From: a virus
Taxonomy: Duplodnaviria; Caudoviricetes
DNA length: 40,808 bases
Virus record (IMG/VR): IMGVR_UViG_3300049739_000204
Span: 1-40,808 of that record
Direction: 5' to 3' (one strand)
Shown: positions 18,839-27,001 of the stretch, piece by piece
Layout: each line of letters starts with the position of its first letter
Position numbering within the stretch: position 1 is the stretch's first letter
Notes under the pieces: model-generated
The model's input: the letters and a program-made list of their open reading frames with translations, nothing else
What the model was told of the DNA's origin: nothing
The model's database searches: none
Translations under genes and position numbers: made by a program

Positions 18839-20829
18839 GCTACACACTAGACGAAACTCTTAGAGCTTTGGATGCGGCGCGAGACGCCAAGAACTCAGAA
18901 GACGTAGCGAGAATCCTGAAACAAATCGAACTAGCAAATAACCAGCCGCATTTAGTACCTAACGCTATTAATTTAGAACGTGGTGCAGACATAGGTACTC
19001 GGCTTGCTGTAAACAACGCTCCGGCGGGTGACAGGCTTGGCGCTATGAGAGCGCGTTACCCAGAAGCCATGCCCTACGGTGACGACAACTTTGTTTACTA
19101 CAACCGTGAAACTTTAGAGCCTCAAATTTATAACCCCGAAGGCATTGATGTAGGTGATTTTGTTGGTGCTGGACGTTTGTTAGCTAACATAGGCGGCGGT
19201 ATTAGCGCTGGAGTTGTGGCAACACCAACAACACCCTTTGGACAGGCGGTCGCTTTATCTTCTGGCGCTACAAGCGCTGGAATTCTTTACGATGAGGCGG
19301 TTGAAGGCATATTTGGAACGCCTGACAGCCGTGGAGCTAGTGAGCAGATAATGGACTACGGCTTTGAGGCTGTAATGAATATGCTTCCATTTGAAAAGGC
19401 GCTAGGCAAAGCTAAAGATGTTGTGTCTCCATATCTAAGAGAAGTTATGACAACTACAAACAAAAAAGTCATTGACGTTGCAAACAAATACAACATTAGA
19501 CCCACTGCGGGTGTCATTGGTAATAAGGCTATGCAACAGATAGATGCGTTAACTCAAAAGTTCATGGGTTCTGTAGGCACTTGGCAAAAAAGCGCAGACG
19601 AGATGATGGAAGGCGTAGGTCGCATGATGGACGACTTCTTTGGAAGTATGGGCGGTAAGGTAAATCCAGAGTCAGCCGGTCAGCAGATCGTAAACAGTGC
19701 TAAAAAATACATGGATAACTTTAAAGCGACATCGTCTCAAATGTACGATGAGGTTGATAATTTTATACCGGCTGATGGTCGCGTAGTCGCAACGCGGTTT
19801 AACGAATTTCTTGCAGAGTACGGCGGCAGATTTGCTGGTGATCCTGATATTGCTAAACTTTTAAAATCACCAATGCTATCAGACTTAGCTGAGGCGCAGG
19901 GCGATGATATTGCTTACAGCACACTTAAACAGCTTCGTACAATGATAGGTAACAAAATTGATGACGGAGACACTATTGGAGACTTGGCACAGCGAGACTT
20001 AAAGAGAATATATGCCGCATTAACTGAAGATATGTTTGAAGGCGCGGCGAGCTTTGGCCCAGAGGCTTTAAAAGCCGCAACTGACGCTAACGACTTTTAC
20101 AAGGCTGGCGCTTCAATCATTGACGATATTATTGAGCCAAACATGATGATTGGCGGGAAATGGGCTACGGGGCTTGAAGCTTTTAAAGCATTTAAGCGAC
20201 AAGTTGCTGACCCAGATAAGTTAAAGAGACTGCAACAGTCTGGTGTGTTAGATGAATCTGATTTAAAAGCCGGGGGTGCGGCATTGCTTGATGACCTTGG
20301 TAGAGCTACGAGAGGCCAACAAGACGCGACAGGGACACGCATAAGCCCATCACGAATTATTAGTCAGACAGACGACAGAGTTATACCACAAGCCTCACAG
20401 GACATCCTGTTTACAGGTTCAAGTAAAGATATTCTGAACGACATGAGAGTGTTTTCTGAAGCTACACGCGGTGTTGATTCCTTTATTAACAACTCTGGAA
20501 CCGGTTTAGCAAATCAAGCGCAAACAATATTAAGTGCGGGCGGTGTAGCTGGTTCTTTTGTTAATCCGGTGGCGGGGCTTACAACAGCAGTATCAACTGT
20601 GGCACTTCCTTGGTTAGCCTCAAAAAGCATACAGGCAAACTGGCTAAAGAACTGGATGCTTAATGCGCCTAGAGAGGGTGGTGAGAGAGCAATAGCTCAG
20701 TGGGTTAAAGACGGTACAAGAATTGCCGCCGCTGAAAACATGACTAACGTGTTTGACGCAGTTTTAGAGATGGCTCCAGACCTCACAAGGTCTGAAGTTC
20801 CAAACAAAAAAGGAGCATTAGCAGAATGA
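18835..20829 (+). CDS. Large internal virion (DNA transfer) protein
   Basis: 664 aa helical, Gly-rich hydrophobic patches, 'NNSGTG' motif; ATGA coupling. Confidence 0.7.
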   Translation: MSYTLDETLRALDAARDAKNSEDVARILKQIELANNQPHLVPNAINLERGADIGTRLAVNNAPAGDRLGAMRARYPEAMPYGDDNFVYYNRETLEPQIYNPEGIDVGDFVGAGRLLANIGGGISAGVVATPTTPFGQAVALSSGATSAGILYDEAVEGIFGTPDSRGASEQIMDYGFEAVMNMLPFEKALGKAKDVVSPYLREVMTTTNKKVIDVANKYNIRPTAGVIGNKAMQQIDALTQKFMGSVGTWQKSADEMMEGVGRMMDDFFGSMGGKVNPESAGQQIVNSAKKYMDNFKATSSQMYDEVDNFIPADGRVVATRFNEFLAEYGGRFAGDPDIAKLLKSPMLSDLAEAQGDDIAYSTLKQLRTMIGNKIDDGDTIGDLAQRDLKRIYAALTEDMFEGAASFGPEALKAATDANDFYKAGASIIDDIIEPNMMIGGKWATGLEAFKAFKRQVADPDKLKRLQQSGVLDESDLKAGGAALLDDLGRATRGQQDATGTRISPSRIISQTDDRVIPQASQDILFTGSSKDILNDMRVFSEATRGVDSFINNSGTGLANQAQTILSAGGVAGSFVNPVAGLTTAVSTVALPWLASKSIQANWLKNWMLNAPREGGERAIAQWVKDGTRIAAAENMTNVFDAVLEMAPDLTRSEVPNKKGALAE

Positions 20830-21359
20830 TGGGTTTATTAGAAATTATCATGGGAGCCGGTGAGGCTTTGAAGGGTGCGGGTGACGGCGGTTTAGGCGGC
20901 ATGATAAAAGACAGCGAGCTTGTTAAAGGTGCTGATGAATTAGGTAATTCGTTTAACGACAGCTCTGCAAACCAGTTCTTTAACAAGGGTATGTTTGAGG
21001 GTGGTCAGTTCGGCGGTGAATCTGCTGGCGGTGGATCACATCACATGATGGGTTTTGAGCAACAACACGCACAGCCACAAGACGCTGGCGCAAATATGCA
21101 GAACGTAATGTCTGCGGCGGGCATCGCTAACCAATCGGCTAATATGTTACAGGGTGGCGTAGCGCCAGCTCAGACGACCTATGACTTACCTCAAATGAAC
21201 GCGCCACAACAGTCGGCGCCACAGACTAATCCATATCTTGATGAACTAGATAAGTTTGATGAGATAGAGGCTGAGAAGAATCGACAGCTTCAAAACCAAG
21301 GGGCGTTATATCAAGCACCCGCATTTGACCTAAGTAAACCAACAACTTTAGTGGGGTAG
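20826..21359 (+). CDS. Low-complexity protein, probably virion/ejected
   Basis: 177 aa, G/Q-rich, coupled to upstream gene. Confidence 0.6.
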   Translation: MMGLLEIIMGAGEALKGAGDGGLGGMIKDSELVKGADELGNSFNDSSANQFFNKGMFEGGQFGGESAGGGSHHMMGFEQQHAQPQDAGANMQNVMSAAGIANQSANMLQGGVAPAQTTYDLPQMNAPQQSAPQTNPYLDELDKFDEIEAEKNRQLQNQGALYQAPAFDLSKPTTLVG

Positions 21360-21362
21360 TTT

Positions 21363-23594
21363 ATGTTTGGTGTTGTTGCTGACGTAGTTAAAGCTGGTGC
21401 TAAAAGGCTACAAAGAGCTAAGGATACTGGCTATACAACAGATTTGTATCATGGTACACATTCTGATTTTGATGCTGTTGACCCCGACAAAGTAGATTTA
21501 GGCATACATTTAGGATCTGAACAGCAAGCTAACAATCGTATAAAGGCTCTATCAAAAGAGAGGTCTGGTTATCCCGTCGAAAATGACGCTTTTTTTGAAC
21601 GCAACAATATACCTTTACACGCAAAAGGCGCAAACATAATACCTATTAAAGCTCGTTTAGGTAAATCTTTAGAAATGGAAGACGTTGGTGACTTTAGTTC
21701 TAGCATTCAAGTAATTGAAGGTTTGCTTGAGAATAAAGCATTTTCCAGTCAAGCTGACCAAAACTTACTCAAACAAATGATGCAAGACGCTCGACAATCC
21801 CTAAGTGAGTATGGTGATTTCAATGCTTTTTATAAAAGCCCTGAAAACAGGGAATTGTTAGACGAAATAAACAGGGGGATTCGCTATAAAGGGTATGACT
21901 CAGTTAAATACTTGAATGAAGTTGAAAACAATTACGGAAAGACTGCTGGTTTAAATAAAGCTGGCATGGAACAAAGAGAAAAATTAAAAAATGCTGTTAA
22001 AGAAATTGATGCAAAAATAAGAGATCGTATGCCTAAATTGCCAAAACAGGGTGATCCTAACGAGATGGAACTACGTCAAAAATATGTGGATGCAAGGCCA
22101 GAGCAGTTTACATCTGTTGAAGAGACACAAAAAAGAAATAACTTAAAAGCAGAATTAATGGATCTGAATGACAACCCTAAGTACCAAGAAGACCCAAATT
22201 CATATATTGCATTAAAGCCTTCGGATGTAAGGTCACGTTTTGCACAATTTAAAGACCCATCTAGCGATAACATTTTAGCTGGATCTGCCGCTACAGCTGT
22301 TGGCGCAAGTTCACTTATTGGCTCACAAGACGCGGACGCATCCCCCGTAAAAGCTGTAGTTAATAAAATTAAAGGATATCACGGCTCACCGCACGACTTT
22401 GACAAATTTTCTACTGACAATATAGGCACTGGCGAAGGCGCACAGGCGTATGGTCGTGGGTTGTATTTCGCTGAACGCAAAGGCACAGCAGAAAGTTACC
22501 GCGATTCTTTGACGGCTAGGGATGCTGAATATGAAGATTGGATAGGACGTCAGTATAAAAATGCTGAAAACCAAGGTGATTATGGGCGCATGGAAATGTA
22601 CGAACGCGCCATGATGCACGACTTGCCAAAAGACTTTAGAGAAACAGCGGCTGATCTTGATTACGATGAGGATTATCGTGATTTAGCAAACCAAGTTGCA
22701 GATGAAATTGAATCATTTACCAAAGTTGATGGAACAAAACCTAACTTTGGAAAAATGTATGAAGTAGACATTGATGCTTCTGATACTACTCTGCTAGATT
22801 ATGACGTTAAACTAAAAGATCAGCCTACAGAAGTACAAGAAAAAATATTCAAAGCATTTAATGATGATCTTAAATCAACTGTAACTAAAGATGACGAAAA
22901 ACTAGTCGGTGAACTTTTTGAAAATGACGAGTTAGATGAACTGCTACAGGGGATGCCGTCAATAAAGGAACAACTATTAGATTCTAACGGCGCACAGATT
23001 ATGGGAAGAATTAAAGCCAATGATCCTGTGGTGCAGTCAAAAGTATTAGAAAGTGCTGGCATTAAAGGGATTAAATACGCAGACGCACAGACACGATTCT
23101 CGCCCAAAGGTAAAACGCACAACTACGTTATATTCGATGACAAGCTGATTGAAATATCACGAAAGTACGGCATACCGCCGGCTATGGCTACGGCTGTTTT
23201 AGCTGGAACTTTAACTCCTGAACAAGCTCAAGCGCAAACTGAAAGCACTGCAAGACAAAACATGACACGCAGAGAGCGAAGAGCCAACCCACCAAGTGAG
23301 GTTTTGAGGAATTACGAGCAGGGTAAGATTTTACCAACTTTACAAAACATGGGTGTTGGCTTGGTTGAAGGTGCGGCAGACACTTTAGATATTCTTGACC
23401 CGGTAAACCTTGGACTAAATATTCTTAACCCGGCAAATGAGAGTGCTATGAGATTCCTAACGCCTAAGTACACACCAAACAAAGAAGCTGTAGCACCTTT
23501 AACCGACATGAGGTTTTATGACCAAGCAGATCCTGACAGTGAAAAAGCTAGAAAAAATGCAAGAATGGCTGGCGCATTATTTAGTCCAATATAG
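21363..23594 (+). CDS. Polyvalent-type protein with two ADP-ribosyltransferase-like (ART-PolyVal-like) domains
   Basis: Domain 1 'LYHGT..DF...GIHLG...GYDSVKY...YIALKPSDVRSRFAQF'; domain 2 'YHGSPHDFDKF...GRGLYFAE...GIKGIKY...NYVIFDD'. Confidence 0.7.
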   Translation: MFGVVADVVKAGAKRLQRAKDTGYTTDLYHGTHSDFDAVDPDKVDLGIHLGSEQQANNRIKALSKERSGYPVENDAFFERNNIPLHAKGANIIPIKARLGKSLEMEDVGDFSSSIQVIEGLLENKAFSSQADQNLLKQMMQDARQSLSEYGDFNAFYKSPENRELLDEINRGIRYKGYDSVKYLNEVENNYGKTAGLNKAGMEQREKLKNAVKEIDAKIRDRMPKLPKQGDPNEMELRQKYVDARPEQFTSVEETQKRNNLKAELMDLNDNPKYQEDPNSYIALKPSDVRSRFAQFKDPSSDNILAGSAATAVGASSLIGSQDADASPVKAVVNKIKGYHGSPHDFDKFSTDNIGTGEGAQAYGRGLYFAERKGTAESYRDSLTARDAEYEDWIGRQYKNAENQGDYGRMEMYERAMMHDLPKDFRETAADLDYDEDYRDLANQVADEIESFTKVDGTKPNFGKMYEVDIDASDTTLLDYDVKLKDQPTEVQEKIFKAFNDDLKSTVTKDDEKLVGELFENDELDELLQGMPSIKEQLLDSNGAQIMGRIKANDPVVQSKVLESAGIKGIKYADAQTRFSPKGKTHNYVIFDDKLIEISRKYGIPPAMATAVLAGTLTPEQAQAQTESTARQNMTRRERRANPPSEVLRNYEQGKILPTLQNMGVGLVEGAADTLDILDPVNLGLNILNPANESAMRFLTPKYTPNKEAVAPLTDMRFYDQADPDSEKARKNARMAGALFSPI

Positions 23595-23600
23595 CCACTG

Positions 23601-23641
23601 TTAACAAATAGTTGCAAAAGCAACATAGAGTTGACTATAAT
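23601..23641 (+). promoter_or_regulatory. Sigma70-like promoter with two operator-like palindromes
   Basis: TTGCAA (23612-17)-18 bp-TATAAT (23636-41); TTAAC-N5-GTTGC 23601-15 and GCAAC-N5-GTTGA 23620-34. Confidence 0.65.
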
Positions 23642-23673
23642 GGCCATTCACAATCGCATATCGAGGATACAGG

Positions 23674-23913
23674 ATGTTAAAGTTTCCGCAAGTTGAGTAC
23701 GTTGATGAATGGATGAAAGGTGAGTCTGCACTAGAACTGTGTAGATTTTTTAAAGACGAAGCTGAGTTTGATGGTGAAGACTCAGAAGTTTGGCAAATAT
23801 TAGAAGAAGAATTAGTGGCGTCTATGGATTTAGATGCGTCACCATTAGTATCTATACCTTTTATAGAAGACCGGTTAGATGAGTATCTTCGCGCACGCGA
23901 AAACAACCATTAG
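23674..23913 (+). CDS. Small acidic hypothetical protein
   Basis: 79 aa, GAGG SD, about 22 D/E vs 7 K/R. Confidence 0.7.
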   Translation: MLKFPQVEYVDEWMKGESALELCRFFKDEAEFDGEDSEVWQILEEELVASMDLDASPLVSIPFIEDRLDEYLRARENNH

Positions 23914-23937
23914 TAGAACTGGCAATATGGAGTTGAT

Positions 23938-24024
23938 ATGAATAAGTATGCTGAATATATTGAAGGGTTTTTTGTTGTGTGTCTTTGGATAGCGTTATTG
24001 TCCATACCACATTGGATTTCGTAA
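23938..24024 (+). CDS. 28-aa single-TM peptide (not in ORF track)
   Basis: GGAG SD; MNKYAEYIEGFFVVCLWIALLSIPHWIS; TAATG overlap with next gene. Confidence 0.6.
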   Translation: MNKYAEYIEGFFVVCLWIALLSIPHWIS

Positions 24025-24263
24025 TGAATGTTAAAGAATTGTTAGCACAATCTCAGCGTTGGCAGTTTGATGATTTATCTAATGAACTGTTAGATGTTAT
24101 AGACGCGGTACTGTTTGACAACGCCCCGGTCGAAGAGGCTCAGGATGCTATTAATCACATAGCTGAAGAGTTAGATAACTTGATAGAGCAATCCACCCTT
24201 ACACCCACAGCCCAAGAATTGGCTTGTAAGTTTGGTGGTTTTGAGTGTCAAGACTGTGAGTAA
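24024..24263 (+). CDS. Small acidic hypothetical protein
   Basis: Start moved to ATG 24024 (TAATG coupling); about 18 D/E vs 3 K/R; C-terminal C-x5-C-x2-C. Confidence 0.65.
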   Translation: MNVKELLAQSQRWQFDDLSNELLDVIDAVLFDNAPVEEAQDAINHIAEELDNLIEQSTLTPTAQELACKFGGFECQDCE

Positions 24264-24294
24264 TTACTGTTAGATTTATACCTCAAAGCAACTA

Positions 24295-24351
24295 AGGGTT
24301 CCTCGCCCTGTGAGTCGGTTTAGCCCACCGATAGTTGAAACGGGCTATTTT
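24295..24351 (+). ncRNA. Putative structured RNA: hairpin plus H-type pseudoknot
   Basis: AGGG/CCCT hairpin; TCGGT(24315-19)/ACCGA(24327-31) stem whose loop TAGCCC pairs with GGGCTA(24342-47). Confidence 0.45.
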
Positions 24352-24360
24352 GACCCCCTC

Positions 24361-24666
24361 TGGTACTGTTACCAAATTTGTACCATCGCCTTATAAGTCA
24401 TTGATTTAATTACTAATGCCCCCGATCCATCATCGGTGCAATACAAAATTTCCTGTTAATTTTCAATAACTTAACCTACTTTAATATAATTTTTTATAAT
24501 CATTTATAATCTTATAACTCACTGATTTATAACGATTTATAATTATTTATAATTTAACCTACTTTTCGCAGTGTTACCACAAGTGTTACCATTTACGCTT
24601 TTAAGTCCATATTTCTTCTGGCCTGTAGTTTATCCATTCAACTTGTAGTTGACATATGTGTTACCA
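24361..24666. mobile_element. attP region of a dusA-targeting integrase
   Basis: Minus strand encodes KFCIAPMMD (DusA N-terminal motif); TGTTACCA arm-like repeats at 24367, 24572, 24584, 24659; IHF consensus at 24394-24406. Confidence 0.8.
24413..24466 (-). pseudogene. dusA: Phage-borne replacement 5' end of dusA (MKINRKFCIAPMMD, then RGH-stop)
   Basis: TTG start with AGGT 7 nt upstream; resembles the conserved DusA start RF(S/C)VAPM(M/L)DW. Confidence 0.75.
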
Positions 24667-24677
24667 AGTTGTAAATT
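24638..24677 (+). promoter_or_regulatory. Integrase promoter overlapped by operator
   Basis: TTGACA(24649-54)-17 bp-TAAATT(24672-77); TCAACTTGTAGTTGA at 24638-52. Confidence 0.75.
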
Positions 24678-24712
24678 ATGACCGTTAAAAATAAAATCTC
24701 AAGGTCTATTTT

Positions 24713-25765
24713 ATGGGTGTTATCACTAAAAGAGAAACAAAAAAAGGCGTAAGCTATAGAGCGATCATTCGCCGCAAAGGCGAAAACACGATTACCAAAA
24801 CATTTGAGAGGAAAACACAGGCTCAAGATTGGATGAGCAAAACAGAAGCTAGGCTCATTAATGGCACATATCGTGAGGACAAACAAAACTTTGGCGACTT
24901 GATTGATAAATATATAAACGACATCAATCCAATCAAAACCATTGGCCGCTCTAAAATGTACAACCTGTTAAGCATACAGCGAGATTTAGGTCATCATAAG
25001 CTTAGAGATCTAACCGCTGAGGTGTTTCAGGAGTACGCTTTGAACAGGGGGGCTTGCCCATCAACTGTTAAATCTGATTTCTCATACATTGGCGTTGTTC
25101 TCAATACGGCTGAAAGCCTTTGGGGTTGTAAGCCAAAGTTTGATGAATACAAAAGGGCGATGGATAGTTTAAATCGACTAGGTGTTATATCTTCATCTAA
25201 CGAAAGAGAACGCCGTGTAAGCGATAAAGAATTAGAGCTTGTATTGTCTTGCGCTAATACAACATTGCCGTTAGAAGACATTGTACGCTTCGCTATCGCT
25301 ACTTCGATGCGAGCTTCTGAGATAACAAACTTACGCTGGTCAGAGCTGTCTGAAGATTGTAAATCTGTAGTAATTAGAGAGCGTAAACATCCAAAGAAAA
25401 AGAAGGATGAGATTGTGCCGTTGATGCCAGCGGCTAGAGATATAATTAATCGTCAGCCCCAGACAGCAGACTCTACACTTATCCCGGTAGGCACAAAGCG
25501 TATAAGAGAAAAAGTGCCGGCGTGTGATCTAATATTCCCGTACAACATCAAATCAATCACAACAGCGTTTCAGAGAGCTGTGAAGAGAAGTGGCCTTGCG
25601 GATTTGAGGTTTCACGATCTGCGCCATGAGGGCATCAGTAGACTGTTTGAGCTGGGTTTAGATTCTATGGTTGTTGCTACCTTTAGTGGTCACCGGGATA
25701 TCAATATGCTTAGACGATACACTCACATTAACGCTAACAAAGTTTTGCAAATGTTAGACATATAA
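24713..25765 (+). CDS. int: Tyrosine integrase, dusA-associated type
   Basis: 'MRASEI', 'FHDLRHE', 'SGH', 'LRRYTH' catalytic motifs; adjacent dusA-like attP. Confidence 0.93.
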   Translation: MGVITKRETKKGVSYRAIIRRKGENTITKTFERKTQAQDWMSKTEARLINGTYREDKQNFGDLIDKYINDINPIKTIGRSKMYNLLSIQRDLGHHKLRDLTAEVFQEYALNRGACPSTVKSDFSYIGVVLNTAESLWGCKPKFDEYKRAMDSLNRLGVISSSNERERRVSDKELELVLSCANTTLPLEDIVRFAIATSMRASEITNLRWSELSEDCKSVVIRERKHPKKKKDEIVPLMPAARDIINRQPQTADSTLIPVGTKRIREKVPACDLIFPYNIKSITTAFQRAVKRSGLADLRFHDLRHEGISRLFELGLDSMVVATFSGHRDINMLRRYTHINANKVLQMLDI

Positions 25766-25789
25766 AAAAGGGGCTTTCGCCCCTTTATT
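25764..25789. terminator. Bidirectional terminator between convergent genes
   Basis: AAAAAAGGGGC-TTTC-GCCCCTTTATT. Confidence 0.8.
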
Positions 25790-26048
25790 AACTTTCCTGA
25801 TCTTCTATTAACGCCGTCAAATAAAACAGCGCCTTCTTTAAGTCTTCAACCTGTTTTTCATGGTTGCCCGCATTTTTATAGCGCCACCTGTGAAGATACT
25901 TTTTAATACTACCTTCCAAATAGTATGAAAAACCATCTCCCAAGCTGTCTTCCAGATACCTTATACATTCTATACTACCTTGCATATAGTGCTTAGGGTG
26001 GTTAACATAATCTTCTTCGCCTTCTATACTCCCTTGCATATCTAACAT
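25788..26048 (-). CDS. DUF3310 family protein
   Basis: 'VNHPKHY', 'IECI', 'KYLHRWRYK', 'EDLKKA.FYL'. Confidence 0.85.
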   Translation of the reverse strand: MLDMQGSIEGEEDYVNHPKHYMQGSIECIRYLEDSLGDGFSYYLEGSIKKYLHRWRYKNAGNHEKQVEDLKKALFYLTALIEDQES

Positions 26049-26060
26049 AAAGTTGAATCC

Positions 26061-26267
26061 TCACTTATTAGTTGAAATTTTAGACAAACCAATATCTCTC
26101 ATATTTGCAAAATATGACCTCACAACTTCCTTGTCAGCTACGCGATTCTTCCCTAATTTGTAGGTTGGTATTGGGAAGACGCCCCGCGTTATAGCGTTGC
26201 GTACTCCCTGTTCCGTCATACCGACCAAGTTTGAAAGCTCGTTTAAATTTATAAACGGTCGCTCCAT
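26061..26267 (-). CDS. Excisionase/AlpA-like HTH protein
   Basis: 68 aa, 'LSNLVGMTEQGVRNAITRGVFPIPTYKLG'; GGAG SD; near integrase. Confidence 0.7.
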   Translation of the reverse strand: MERPFINLNELSNLVGMTEQGVRNAITRGVFPIPTYKLGKNRVADKEVVRSYFANMRDIGLSKISTNK

Positions 26268-26277
26268 CTCTTACTCC

Positions 26278-26886
26278 TTACAAAATTAAATGTTCTATTT
26301 CTAACTTACCTAAAAAGCCTTTATGATCTTCACTTTCAAAAGTCAGACCGCCAGACGTTACGTCTGTAGGAATCTTGTAAAAATCATAACTAAAGTCGCC
26401 ACCCCTGTTTCTAGCGGCAATGATCTTTGTAATCTTAATTCCTGACGGTGTTTTAGGCAGTTTAGCCTTATTCTTTTTCCTGACATCAACAGGGAGAAGT
26501 TTTGCATACACAATATTCCCCTGTTTAATCAAAACCAAATCAGCACCAATAGAGCTGTCGTCATTCAGTGCAAACGAATAACCGTTTTCCATTGCCATAC
26601 CGCAAAAAGCAAACATAGCTGTGTCGGATAACTTAGCAACTTCTTTCAGCGATTCTGTCTTTTTATAGTCTGTGCCTAGCGCTAACCACACATGATCTAC
26701 ACTTAGTGTTTTAGCTAATGCTTTCATAGCCTGTGGGCGTGGGGTGGACTCGCCACTAAACCATTTTCTAACTGCTTCTGAACTAACGCCCATTTTTTTA
26801 GCTATAATGCTTTGTCTTCCAGAGCCATAGCTAGGTATGTCAGTATTAGACTCACACGCTTCTAATAATCTTGATTTAAAACTCAT
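26278..26886 (-). CDS. XRE-family HTH regulator, probable immunity repressor
   Basis: 'IAKKMGVSSEAVRKWFSGESTPR...LAKTLSVDHVWLALG'; start moved to ATG 26886 with GAGGAG SD. Confidence 0.75.
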   Translation of the reverse strand: MSFKSRLLEACESNTDIPSYGSGRQSIIAKKMGVSSEAVRKWFSGESTPRPQAMKALAKTLSVDHVWLALGTDYKKTESLKEVAKLSDTAMFAFCGMAMENGYSFALNDDSSIGADLVLIKQGNIVYAKLLPVDVRKKNKAKLPKTPSGIKITKIIAARNRGGDFSYDFYKIPTDVTSGGLTFESEDHKGFLGKLEIEHLIL

Positions 26887-26956
26887 AACACACTCCTCTA
26901 ACCTTTGGACGGTTTTCATAAACCGTTTTTTTTGACGATTTTTACGTCTATCGTGC

Positions 26957-26997
26957 TTTATACCAGAGGACAATATTGACTGTCAACCTTTAATTGA
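26957..26997 (-). promoter_or_regulatory. Regulator-gene promoter overlapped by operator
   Basis: Minus strand TTGACA(26986-81)-18 bp-TATAAA; TCAAC-N5-ATTGA at 26983-97. Confidence 0.65.
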
Positions 26998-27001
26998 TTC
27001 A

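Noticed and set aside
24306-24315. Single iteron copy (CCTGTGAGT) near attP as a second replication element
   Set aside because: One 9-mer can occur by chance and it overlaps the predicted RNA structure
24623-24638. LexA SOS box upstream of int
   Set aside because: CTGTAGTTTATCCATT lacks a correctly spaced CAG half-site
24638-24886. Antisense and alternate-frame ORFs in the track (this one, 4251-4742, 9581-9952, 30327-30758, 34962-35369 and similar)
   Set aside because: Shadow ORFs of well-supported genes with no independent signals
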